Assembly: GCF_009914755.1 (NCBI RefSeq)
Contig: NC_060926.1
DNA: 64,000 nucleotides
Strand: one strand, 5' to 3'
Source: the human T2T-CHM13v2.0 reference genome, Homo sapiens
Part shown: one piece after another, positions 27,098 through 45,000 of the stretch
Position numbering within the stretch: position 1 is the first letter of the stretch
How the letters are laid out: the number at the start of each line of letters is the position of its first letter
Position numbers and translations under genes: made by a program
Notes under the pieces: model-generated
The model's input: only the letters and a program-made list of their open reading frames with translations
What the model was told of the DNA's origin: nothing
The model's database searches: none

Positions 27098-27267
27098 GAA
27101 ATAATGAAGATGTTTCATTTTCAAGACCAGCAGATCTTGACCTTATTCAGTCAACTCCCTTTAAACCCCTGGCACTGAAAACACCACCTCGTGTACTTAC
27201 GCTGAGTGAAAGACCACTAGATTTTCTGGATTTAGAAAGACCTCCTACAACCCCTCAAAATGAAGAA
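27098..27267 (+). CDS. MFF: MFF exon 5
   Basis: ctag|GA...GAA|gtaagt, 170 nt; NNEDVSFSRPADLDLIQSTPFKPLALKTPPRVLTLSERPLDFLDLERPPTTPQNEE. Confidence 0.98.
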
Positions 27268-29149
27268 GTAAGTAGAACTTTAGTATCACCGGAATTTGAA
27301 ATAATGTAGACAAAGGTAAAAGAGAAGAGCGAAGAGGCTTTATCATATCTTTAGCAATATGTCATGAAAGCTTTCCATATGGAACATTACTAATAATTCT
27401 AATTTACAAATGTGCCAAATAAGTTATTATGCTATTTTTAAAATTTGAATGTTATGTTTTAGGAAAAATGTAAGTTTTGTGGTAAGTATTATTAAGTTCC
27501 TGTGGTTTGAAGAAAGAGCCTTTATGGGTAGGTGTTACTTGTTAAATAATAAGAAAATGTTGGGAAGTTTAGCAATAAGAAGTAAATGTATCACTTTGTT
27601 ATAAAATCAGTCTAGCAAACAGGGCAAAGAAAACCCTTTTTCGCTTGACACTACCCATTCTCGGTACTTGATTAAAAGTTTCTACTGAGCTACTCTACTG
27701 CATCACGTTAATGTGCCAGTTGACCTAAATGTAGCAGTGTAGACTAACAAGGTGTTAGTAACAGAGTTCGAATCCTGCCTTTGTCATTGACTTACAGCTA
27801 ACCTTTGAAGCTTCTTTGCCGTGATGATTGCTGGAGTTACATCTTTTTCATATAGCTTTTGAACTTCTAACATGTTGTCATGAAGCTAGTATGAGACAAT
27901 GTGCAAACATATGTTTTTATTAATAATGGTACTGCTTGTGTCTGGTTTCATTTTGCATGTAATACTTTCCAAAGAGGGTAAAGCACCCATACTGTCTAGG
28001 GCAATGCAATTTTCTAGGATTAGGTTCTTAGATTGTAAGTTTCTGCTGACATAATTGAGGTAATATGCTCACAGTTAGTTTGGATATTCTAGGTATTTGG
28101 TGAAAAGCACTAAATCTGAGCCTTTACATGACAGAAAGGCACTAACATACTTGCAGAATTGTATTATTTAACAAACATTTTTTAACTTTTATCTCTGAGA
28201 TACTATATGCAGTATAGGAATTAATGAGACATAGTTCCTGCATTCAAAAAGTTTGCTGTCTGTCTGGTTTCAGCAGGACAATGATATGAGTGAGGGAAAG
28301 ACATCAACGCATGCAGAAGATATAAAATTCTTTAATAGCAGAAAATAATGAAAGTTACCAAGATGGTTACATAAAACAAAAGTATCCAGTGTGCTCCCAG
28401 TTTAAGGCCCAGCTTTCTAACTCCCCAAAGTTCCTTGGGAATTATACCTGTGAAAATAATTGTCTTACAGTGACGATTTTGCCAGGAAAGAAATGCTCCT
28501 TATTGTATTCTTCGGGTTTTTCTGTTGGTCTTTCTGCTTCTCCTAATTGAAAGCAACCCAAGCAATTCCCTGATTGATTATTTTAAGAGTGAGTGAAGAA
28601 AGTTTGCCGGGATTTCCCTCAGTAGACCCAGGCTTTAAGACTCTACGGGGTTCATTCCTGCATTAATTGTGATATTTAGTCAAATGTGATAGATGTTCAG
28701 AGTGTATAACACTGGGGTAAAAAAGTTTGTGTGAGGATTAGAACTAATTTTGAAGACCTACTTTGCCATTTACTAACCACATAACTTTGGGCAAGTTATT
28801 TAACAGTTCTAGGGCGTATCTCTGAAATAAAGATAAGAATAATGCCAAGTGCATGAGATTGTTATGAGAATTAAATGTAATCATGCATGTTCTAATTCGT
28901 GTTAAAAGCTCAATATATATAAATGTTATTGTTAGGAGAGACTTAAAATCCTGTGGCAGGAGCCAGATCCTGAAATGAAAGACGAGTTTCTGAGATTAAT
29001 ACCAGCTGCCTATTGAAAGCAAAGATGATGGTTTGGACTTCAAGTTTATACAAGCTTATAGAAGGGTCCAGTAGCCTTCAAGAAGCACTCAACTGCAGTG
29101 AGCAAGGGAGGAAGGGGTAAGGGAGCCAGGGTTCTAGTAGCTTCTAGAA

Positions 29150-32090
<2,941 letters not shown>

Positions 32091-32446
32091 GGGTGAGTAT
32101 AGAGGAAAAACACGAAGGCTCTGAGTAGATTCCTGAAGAAGAGGTGGGCTTTGAACAGATTGAGAGAATCAGCCATCAAAAAACCTAGAGGACATTTACT
32201 TGCCCAGGAATTTATGAACAATCAAATTTAACTTGGGGTGTAAGCATATTAAAGGAGAATTGTATGCAGGCATGCAAAGTGTCTAGTGCTACATGTTATA
32301 TAACTATGTAGCACTAGACACTGTGACCCAACTTCCAGGAAGCTGCTTGAACTTAGGAAACTATTTCTCAGCCTCCGGGATGAATAAAACTAAGTGCATA
32401 ATCACTGAAGGATGATTCTGAAAGACATTTTAAAATTCTGCATTGA

Positions 32447-33918
<1,472 letters not shown>

Positions 33919-33934
33919 TTAATGATTATCACTG

Positions 33935-34480
33935 TTCTAGTTATCCATTTCTGTGTAACAAATCATCTTAAACTTAGTGGCTTAAAACAAACAAGCCTAT
34001 GTTTTGCTCAAGCATTCTGTGGGTTAGGTATTTGCAGTTGCCGTGAAGGGAAAAGCTTGTTTCTGTTCTTCAATGTCTGGGGCCTAAGCTAGGAAGTCTC
34101 AAAGGCAAAGGATAACTCAACAGCTGGATCTGCAGTTATCTGAAGGTTTGCTCACTCACATGTCACTTGGTACTAGCTGTTGTCTGGGACCTCCATTAGG
34201 GTTGTTGGCAGGTGCACTTACACATGGCTTCACTGTGTGGCTACTTGGCCTTCCTTGTGTCATGGTGCCATTCTTCCAAATATGAGCAACCTGGGGAAAG
34301 AAAGGCAGAAGCTGTACTGTTATGACCTAGCCTCAGAAGTCACTTTGCATCATTTCTATAGGAGTCACCAGCCCTCTGAATTTCAGGGGAAAGAAACAGA
34401 TCCTGTCTCTTAATGAAGAAGGTCAAAGATACATTTCATAAGAAGAGCATGTGGGATTAGAGATTGCAGCCATTCTGGAA
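33935..34480. mobile_element. MLT1-type (ERVL-MaLR) LTR (limits approximate)
   Basis: ctgtgtaacaaatcatcttaaacttagtggcttaaaacaa...tatgacctagcctcagaagtcac. Confidence 0.75.
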
Positions 34481-34768
34481 TGCCAAAACCATTAAGCTAG
34501 ATACATTTTTAGTCTAGTTTTCAAATATTCAACCAAATCTTAATTTGTTACAACCGTAGAAGCCAGGAAGGTTTATTTATAATACAGATGCTCTCCATTT
34601 CCTATATGTGCCTGTAAACACTTTTATAAATTGTTCTTATAAATAAGTATATACCATAAGGTTAAACAAATAATAATTGTACCAAGTAAAATTGATACTT
34701 AAAAAGAAACTAGAGTAGCGTTCTTAAAGTAAATAGACATTCCTGTTTATCTGCATTATAGTAAGTAG

Positions 34769-34787
34769 GGTGTGTGTGTGTGTGTGT
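34769..34787. repeat. (GT)n microsatellite
   Basis: About 9 GT units. Confidence 0.8.
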
Positions 34788-34969
34788 CTTGTTTTGTTTT
34801 TAAAGCAAGTCTGTCAGTAATACACTGCCTGGCAGCAATTCTTGGTTGCCTTTTCTTAGTTCGTTGTAAGTTTTTTGAGTAGCCTTGTATTGAGGTTCTT
34901 TTGATGCTAAGCAGCTACTAGCCTACTAAGAATATTTCTATTTTCTTCCCTCTCTTTGTGCCTTAACAG

Positions 34970-35058
34970 ATCCGAGCAGTTGGCAGACTAAAAAGAGAGC
35001 GGTCTATGAGTGAAAATGCTGTTCGCCAAAATGGACAGCTGGTCAGAAATGATTCTCT
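34970..35058 (+). CDS. MFF: MFF exon 6 (AMPK-site region)
   Basis: acag|ATC...CT|gtgagt, 89 nt; IRAVGRLKRERSMSENAVRQNGQLVRNDSL. Confidence 0.97.
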
Positions 35059-37418
35059 GTGAGTAGAAGCACTAGCATTTTATCTCGTTTGTAAGTTTTC
35101 TCAGGATATTTTCTGTACCCATGTTTTTCTAAATAATTACTTCATGTAGTTTTTAAAATTTGTTTTACATCAATTTTATATTTTTGTAATACTTTTTGTA
35201 ATCTTAAAATCTGGCCATTTTGTTGGTCCTGAGAATTTTTCAGTCACCTTATCCTTTCCTGTGTAGTATGATTTGCTAATTAAGTTGTCATAAGATGGTG
35301 AACTGGTCCTTTCCAGCTTTGCTTCTAATGAGCTATGTTAAACAGTGTAGCAAGACAAATAGAATTTTTTTCTTTCCAAAAGTATTTTTTAGCTTTCTCC
35401 CTTACGATTCATTGAATTTTTTGGTCCTTTTCATTTTCAGAACATACAAGTATGTTGTTTAAAAGACTATTTGTTTAAACCTTTCTTTTTCATTTGGTTG
35501 TATTATCAAATTCTGATCTTAAAGCTACCACAAGATTATTAATGTCAGTGCTTTTTTACTTTTTTATTAAAATTAATGGATTTTTACAAACAAAATGTTC
35601 TTCGAAAACTGGTCAGAATTTTAATCAGAAAGTCATTGTCAGTAGTGGCTTTTTAAATATAAATTAATATTTCTTCCTCAATGTTTTGGCCAATTTTCGT
35701 AAACTCATGAACCACATGTGATGGCAAGTATCATGTAAGCGTCTGTGGAAACTGAAAGAATCAGGAGATGATACATCTCTTCTGAGAGCTAGCAAATCTA
35801 GATAGAAGCAAAGCGTTTAATTTTATTTACAAAATAACTAGAGGACAATACAGTGATTTATATTACAGCATATTAATCTCTAGTTTGGACCTCTCTAAAG
35901 AGTATAGGGGTACAGAAGGGGTTTTGTTGGGGTTAGGGTCATTGATATTAAAGGTAGAGAGAGGTTTTTTTTTTTCAAATCCTTGCTTTGAAAGAACAAG
36001 GAAGTTCTAATTTCTATATAAATTATTTGCTTGCCTTACTGAAATTCCATTCTCTTGTGTTAGGTGAAAGGAGAACTAAAACTGCTCTGATTTCTTATAG
36101 AATATTGAAATATCTCCTAAGGTAGTTAAAATTATTCTGAAAGGCTGTGTAGGAAGAGAGCAGGTTAAAATGAATATATATCTCCTTCAGGGAATGCTTA
36201 TGCAAGATTCAACCATTAGTAATATAAAATTTTTTGATTGTGTTTTCCCTAAAGGTATCTGGTTAGCAGTGATGTCAGCAGGCCCATGAAATCCATTTTT
36301 TCTAGACTATTTCCAAATGTATTACACAAACGGTAAAGAGGCTGTATCATTTATGGCTAAGGTGGCTTCTTGATCTGCTTTAGAGTGATTAAACATACAC
36401 TCAAGAGCTTTAATTATTTTCTTTTTGTAACATTATCCTAAGGCAACAAAGATTTCTAGTAAGCTTTTCCACTTCATAAAGATGTGGCTTACTATTTAGG
36501 TTCTTAGCTACTTTGACATTTTATGTTAATAAAAACAAGATTATTGTAATATAGCACCACTCTTATTTTTTCTCCCGAAGTATATATTATTTATAGCTGC
36601 ATTCAGCTGAAGAGAAAGGAAACCCCTTTATTATGTACGAAAACCAGTCCAGTGAAGTATAATTTAGAGTAGATGATATAGATGTTTTTGTATTTACTCA
36701 ATAACATAAGTTCCTCATAACAGAAAAGATTTACAGTGTTAACTAATACTTGATTTTCTTTTTTTTTCTTTAAGTTGCTTTAATGACATTTTCTAAATTT
36801 TTAGTAAAACTGAAAATCTCATTTTTGATAGTAAAAGTAATGAATCTTTATACATTTTCACAGTGAAACACTTAACATTGCTTAACCATATTTTTCATTA
36901 TGGTTGTAAAGTATATTACCATGTTATATATGTATTTTGTTAATAATGTAACTTTGCCCTTTCTTTTCCTACTGTTGTTAATTTTATAATTTACAATTTA
37001 TCTTTAAGAATCTACATCTTACTAACTTTAGAATTTTGTATAATGAACATATTATTCAGTGTTGTTAACGTAGTGAGGAAAAAACAATTGATATAATACC
37101 TCTATTAAAATAATTATTAAACTCTTACTATCTTTACCTACTTTAGTGTTTTCTTTGTAACATGAAATTGTTGTGCGTCATAGTGCATGAAACTTTGCCT
37201 GTCTCCACTTTATTTTATTCCATGGCTTTAAGAATAAAAGTGCGAACGGGTATGAGAGCAGGAGCACTAGCCTTTGTTTTCTTAATTACTTCGAAGAGGC
37301 AATAAGATTGTGGTCAGCTATTAGCGCAAAAGTGAATTCTAAACAGTAAAATCAGATCTAGCTTTTTCTTTGTGTTATAAAAGCTGAATATGTAAAAGAA
37401 GCATAATTATTATTTAAG

Positions 37419-37493
37419 GTGGCACAGATCAGATTCTGCCCCAAGAAATAAAATTTCAAGGTTCCAGGCACCGATTTCTGCACCGGAGTACAC
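37419..37493 (+). CDS. MFF: MFF cassette exon 7
   Basis: taag|G...AC|gtaaga, 75 nt, phase 2-2; WHRSDSAPRNKISRFQAPISAPEYT. Confidence 0.92.
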
Positions 37494-38399
37494 GTAAGAT
37501 TTTATCTGCTCTGCTTTTGACAAGTAGTTGTTTTGATTTTGAAGGATTATGTTAATACTAATCTATTCACCAGGTAATTGACATATGCTATCCTAATTAT
37601 CTTCCTGTTTGGCTTTTTAGTACCTCTGTTTCAGGATTTCTCAAACTGTCATTATATGCTTTATTAAGGAAAAAAAAAAACTAGACCATCTAAGGAAGTT
37701 GTATATGATTTTGCATGTGTTGGTGAAAGGAACATGAAATATAATATGCACATAAGGACCAAGCATCCTTTTTTGTTTATTTTGCTTTGGTTGGTATAAC
37801 AGTTCTCAACAGATTCAACGTCACCTGGTGCAGTGATCCCAATTTTTTTTTTTTTAATTTCAGCGCACTGTCTTTTCTTCTTCTATCTTGTTTCTGAAGG
37901 AGAATGGAGCATAAGTGTGGTTTGTCATTTATTTTATAATCCCATAGATGAAAACGATGCTTGGAAGCACTTTTTTGCTATTATTAAACCCACTCTTTCC
38001 ATGTGACAAAATAAGGTATGAGAATGACTCACTCATGGAGCACAACGTTTTGGTATATAATACAGGTATTCAATAGCTAATACACTTCTTAAGCAACAGA
38101 AGAAACTGCACCGAAAGCCAACAGTTTTCCTCTTATTCTGGTTCTATTATTATGCTTCCAGGAACTATTCAGTTGCCATAGATAGTGGCAATATATTAAA
38201 ATTTCCTCTGTATTTACAATTCCAAGAGAAATTAATATATTTGTGTTTTAGTGAAAATTTTTTCTCTTTATTGTTTTACCCTATTTTTTGGAAGAGTGAT
38301 ACCTCACCGAAGAGGTTAAATTCACAGGTTGGGAAACATTATTCCTATGAAAACTCAAAGAGGTACTTGATTTTGAACTTACTTTTAATAATGATATAG

Positions 38400-38813
<414 letters not shown>

Positions 38814-41800
38814 TAGAGCTATTACTAATGAAGCATGGTAAACATCAGTGCTTTCTTCAAAATTTTCTAATCTTTTCTTTTAAAAAGGTAATGTTGAGAC
38901 TTTGCTATTTTATAATATCACTGGAATCAGTTTATCAAATTGCATTTTTATTAAATTACTAATATATATATAATGCCATTTACTTAATCTTCTCAGTGCC
39001 TTTGCAGTATGTTTACTTTTTTATTTTCCACAATAGTTCACTTGTCAAAACTACAGAAACAGGAAGTCATTAAACCTTGGTTGGGTCCATGAGTGGACGG
39101 AGATGAAAGCGCTGTTTCCCTCCACAGTTGATAGCTGTGGAGTACATTTTAGCTCCTGTCAAACTGATTGCTAAAATGGAGCTTATTCTTTTTTGTTTTT
39201 ACATTTATTTGTAAAAAATACCAACAAGACTGCTTAAAGTTTTAAAAAGGAAAGACAATTGCTAAATTATTTATTGCCTCTAATTACTAATGTAGTTTTG
39301 GCATTCTTAATGGTGATTTATTTCATCTGTGGATGGAATTAAATGTTACCAAACAAGGACATTTAATCTATACAACACTGGCAAAAGTAGTCATCAATTA
39401 AAAAAAAAAATACTCCCGATTTCGTTTTTGCTGTTTATGGAGGATTGCCATACACATGAATGAAAAGCTAATTTTTTTACTAATCTTTGAAATGTTAATT
39501 TCTTTTGAGAAACAACTAGAACCTCAAGTTATGTTTTTGATGCTGGTTTTTGAGGAAATAAATATCTTTACTAGTATTGATAAAAACTTAATTTCATCTT
39601 TTATCTTTCTACATAAGTATTTTTCATGTTAAATTATAACTGAGGATCATGTAAGGTTTTTTCTCATTGTATTCCAATTTCATGTGATCGTAAAATCTTA
39701 GAATTGAGAGAGATCTTATAGATTGTTTTAGAATCCAACCTTCTGCATTCCATCTTAGGAACTCTTTGCAGTTAGTCTGAAGTAAGTTTATGTTTGACTA
39801 TTTTATAAGATGACCTCCTCATTTCCTATATATGGACAGAAAATACTTGTACTTTTACAGTTTAAATAAACAATTCATTATTGTTTGTTTCTGGCAAAAG
39901 GATTTCTCTTAGAGGAAGTAACCCTTCTTTTATTTTAATTTTTAATGGGCCAACATCCATTAAGTTTTTTTCATGGATTTGAGTTTAGTTCATTCATACT
40001 GTTGCCCCAAGATTATAATTCTAAATATTGATTATTGTAGCCTTTAATATGTTAGTATATAGCTGGTTTATTTATCAGTACAGAATGATACACGAAGTGT
40101 TCAATTTAAACCCCCAAATGCAAAGGCAAAGTACGGATTTGTCCTTTAAAACTTGCTTGAGTGAATTTAGGCAGTTAACGCTGGCTGCTCTATCAAGAAG
40201 AGTGTAAGATGGATTGTTTGTTTATGTTGATGTAGAACTGACCATTTTTTAATTCTCACAAGCAGTAAGAGCTTCAGGTTTTCCCAGTGCTGCCTAAAGA
40301 GAATTCTGAGTGTAAGACTAACATATAGTTTTGTTTCACAGATAGGATGTTTTTTTTATTTGTTTGTTTGTTTGTTTATTTGTTTTTACCCTTCTGGAAT
40401 GCCTGGTATGGGTTTTGCCAATTACCATGGATCAGTAGATAATGTTGGCTTATATGTGTTCCCAGAGATTGCCAGTCTCTGGACGGACATTTAAGGTCAC
40501 TGGTCATGAGACTGCATCTGAAAATTTGAGTTTATCTTGACACCAAATTTGACCTAAATCCTATAGTGAATCAGGCTTGATAGATAGTTGCTTTATACGT
40601 TAAGATTTGGCTTAGATCTTTTAAGTAGTCTTTGAAAAACATGGTTTTCATATTATGGTACTTCTGTCTTTGGATCACCAAGCCATTCAAAGTTATTCAT
40701 AAAGCTGTGGAGGAGATTTTGTTTTTTAATTTTCTGGGACTCTGGGAATAATATCAGATGACTATAACTATCCTGTCAAAAATTATCCCACTTATTTTGT
40801 AGTTTCCAAACAAATACATGCTGTTAGAAAAGATTACACAGTCAAAATAAGAGATTTTCTTTTTTCAATTGTTTACCATCTGCTTTGTTTTTATTCTTTC
40901 AGATGTAATACACATTGGATGACATTTAGCCTGATGTTAGTTTTGCCTTGACGTTGAGAATGTTGAGCCCTCATTCCACTGTCGTAGTCTGTATGTCAGT
41001 TAAATACCTCACAATAGATAATCATACTGTAACGTTAAACAGCTCCCTGAAAATACTGACACAGATCTTAAGAGTTTAGGTTAGAACCATAAGAATTGGT
41101 TCATTCAGCTTTCAGAAAGCACTGGCAGGGGAGTCAAATGAAATTGTGAATCTCAGCCCACACATGAAAGAACGATTAAGATTATTGTCACTAAGAAGCC
41201 CAGAAATGGTTATCAGCCATTGATAATTTAAGAAGTGTCCTTGCCTTCTTTTGCTGTATTCACAGATTTGGGAATATTTTTATGCTTTAGTCATTTAACT
41301 AGAGAACATATGCTTACTATAATTAAACAATCAAAATGCTTTGTTACCATTTTCTAAGACTAATTCATCCTTAAATCAGTGTCATTTATTCGTCATAAAC
41401 TTCAACTTCATTGGCTTTATGAAGTGTTTGAAATGGTGTTTTTATGGAATCACTTTTGATTCATGTGTTTAAACTTTGACATCTGTATGTGAGAATTCCC
41501 TGTCCTACTCTTCTAATCATCCATAAGTCGACAGCAGTGTTGTTTCTTAGAAGTTGGTTTATTGAATTGGAATATAAACACGAAGTAAAGAATGCTGCTT
41601 CTCCATGGGAGGGGTTGAACACATTCATTGCTGTAGTTCTCTTCCCTCTCTACAGTTCTTTCATATTCAGTTTATTTATTTTGATGTTTAGGGTTACAAA
41701 GTTATAAGTGCTGCCTTGTAGCTAGTTTTTGGAAACAATTCAAAATATTTATTCTTTGACTGTTTTCTTGTGGGGAGAGTGAAGGGTGGGAAAGGGGCAA

Positions 41801-41898
41801 GAACACTAAGAAAATTAAGATAAAGACTGCTCAGCTGAAGTTTTATAAAAATCTGACTTGAGTGTTTTTCTCTTCATTTGCTGTGCTTGTGTAAACAG

Positions 41899-42057
41899 TG
41901 TGACACCATCGCCACAACAGGCTCGGGTCTGTCCTCCCCATATGTTACCTGAAGATGGAGCTAATCTTTCCTCTGCTCGTGGCATTTTGTCGCTTATCCA
42001 GTCTTCTACTCGTAGGGCATACCAGCAGATCTTGGATGTGCTGGATGAAAATCGCAG
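41899..42057 (+). CDS. MFF: MFF cassette exon 8
   Basis: acag|T...AG|gtgatt, 159 nt, phase 2-2; VTPSPQQARVCPPHMLPEDGANLSSARGILSLIQSSTRRAYQQILDVLDENRR. Confidence 0.96.
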
Positions 42058-45000
42058 GTGATTGGCCATCCGTGACTCTTGACAGCTTTATTGCATATTT
42101 TTTGGCCTCTTGTTTAGTGGACTGTGGTGTCTTTCTTTTCTGTTTTTACCTTCTAGCCTCTTTCTAAGATGCAATGATTTGAAACAGCTTGCTTTACTTT
42201 CTTTTAATTTGAAATTATTGTCCAAAATTCACATTTCACAAGATTACATTAGCTTTCCTTCTGTCAGGGAGAGTATACATAGAAAGTGTAGTGATTTTTT
42301 TCAAAGGCTTTTCTAGCCTACTCTAAGTACTTGATTCCACTTAGGGATATGCCAAGGGGCCCCGTCCCATTGGATTGAGTGTTAGACTGAAGTTTACTAG
42401 TCCTCGTTAGTCTTTTGATTTAATCATTTATGCTGCTGATATGATTGGATTAATAAAGCAAATCTGAGGAGGTGATGTCAGCGCAGCTGCCAGGACACTT
42501 TTTTCCTTTCCTCTCAGCTACGGATTTCTAGGCTTGTTTTGAAAATTCCAGGTGCTATCATCTTTTTGATAATACTGATATTTTTCAGTGTTGATAATTT
42601 ATCTCACTTTTGAACATCTCCAGGTAAAATCATCAGTAGTATACTTAGACTTATTCATACAAATAATTTTTTTGCAGTTATCTCAAGTACTTTTTGTCCT
42701 TGCTTTATTACTACATAATGTTTTAAAGGAAATTCAGGGAGCTTTTTTGGCATACTGTGGGAAAGATAGAGTCAATTTCATTTCAACTCTGAACATTTAT
42801 CTAGTGGCTTCTGGTAGTCAGGGTTTGAATTTTCATGATTATTTAATTGTTACTTTTTGCATTTTGAAGAATTTCACAATAAATTAAGCTATCCCTTCTA
42901 ATAAATCCAGTTTCTTACCTTAGGAACGAATATGACTTCTGACTTGCACTGGACAAACTTTTTCTTGTTGAGTGCTTGTAGTCCTCACACAGGCCCTGGG
43001 TATGTCACCATACTTCGTAAGCACCTGTCCATGCTACTTATCATTGTTGAATCCAGGGCCTTTCTGAGCCTTCCCAGAGTTGACCTAGTGCTATGCATTT
43101 GGGCCCAAGGACTGAAAGCTGCACTAAGAAGAGCTTAAAAAGAAAGCTCATGGCATGAGGGTGTGGGGAGGGGAATTATATATACATGTATATGTATAGA
43201 TCTGTTTTGTTTGTTTTTCCCCAAGGGTTTAGACTCCCTTTTATGCTTTTTGAAGCTTCAAAGACATTCTTGGACTATTGGGAAGCTGTAAGAAGCAGCA
43301 AGGTTCAGAACAAAAAGCATGGATTCAGGGAGTCAGTTAGAATTAACCCGGATCCACCCCACTACATAGCTGCATGATGGCCTTGAACAAATTGCTTAGC
43401 TTCTTTTGGCCTCACTTTTCTCATCTGTTGAGAAATAGAGAGGAAGGGTAATAATATCTAGCTTTGTGAATTCTTGTGAGGATCTTCTCCCCTCCCCCAC
43501 CTTTAATTATAATATAGGGATAATGGCCTCCAATTCTTTATTTAGTATGGTAGGAGATCTTTCAAATGATATTGCATATAAAGTAGCTGGCACTTAAGAG
43601 CTAATATTTACAAGGGCCTGTTTTCTCTTCCCTCCTTAAAACAGATTTATTGTCCATCAGCTAACTTGTTTAACTTTTTAATTACAATAAGTCCTTAGTG
43701 GAGACCAGATTATTAGGTGCGAGTATATCATATCAAATGCTATTACATTTAAAATATCTGAATGAGAGAGATATTTCCAAATCTTGTATAAAAAGTAATA
43801 ATAGCTAGATGGCAGAGTCACAGTACATTAAAATTATATGTCCCAAAAAGTAAAAAAAGAAAAAAAATTATTTGTCCCAATTCCCCCTCACCAGCATATA
43901 CACAGTTCATTGCAATAATGTGGAACTTATAAAAATATGGATTTTTTCCTCCATAATGGAAAAAAAATTGTGCCTCAGAGTCAAATGTATAAAATCAAAA
44001 ATCGTATTAGTATAAACTTTGTATTTTTTTAATAATGAAAAATATTTTTGGACTTTCAGTGAAATTTTATTTCACTTTTTTACATTGTGATGAATTGATA
44101 ACTCTAAAATCCCTTTTCTGGGAAGGAATTCTCTTTTCTCATTCATTTCAGTAAGTTTTTAAAAGTTCATGAAGGAGTTATATTAATAATGCTTTTCTCC
44201 TAGATCTGTAGCATTAGTTGTTACCTTGGAGCTTGGAGGGTTAGATTCTCATCAGTCTTATTGACGCTTTCAGTATTGAAAGGATTTTTTAAAGTTGTAT
44301 TCACTTAGGATCTCAGTGTTGAGCAAGATTTTATCAGAATTTTAAGTGCCAAATCAGTTTTTATTTCCTTTGTGAGAAGTATCTGGCATGACTTTTCAGA
44401 TATAAGAAATAGGAATGTGAAATTTGGATAATGTTCTACTTGCATGATTATAAAATAATACTGCTTATAAAATTTTAAGTGCTTCTATGTTCCTTGCTCT
44501 GTAGATCATTTTTTCTTTTCTATTTTATTACTCTTGGCTATTATGCTAATGCAATACCTTATCTTTGGTCATATGCCATCACATTAGGTGTAGTTAATTT
44601 AAACTAGAACTATTTGGCAGAAAAAGAAAAAAGCTTTCTGCTTGCTTTATCACTATGAAGTAATGCAGATTCGCAATTCCTTGACATAAGAACTGTGTTC
44701 AGTTTACATTTTAAAGGACGCTGTCAAAAGGTTTGTGTACCATATATTTTTTTCTTACAAGAATGTAGATGATCTAAACCAAACTCAACGTGAAAACCAA
44801 GTTAAATCCTAGGTACATGTTAGAAAAGTTTATTTACACAGGTGAGTGTTACGCATTTGGAGAACTGATACACTGAAAATTTACCAAAGCACCAGGTGTG
44901 TCATTTGCTCAGGTGCAGCAGAAATTAAAATACTATTATGATTTGGTCCTTAACTGGTTAGAAAATGCCGGTCTCTCCCTGTATCTGTTAGAGCTATGTA

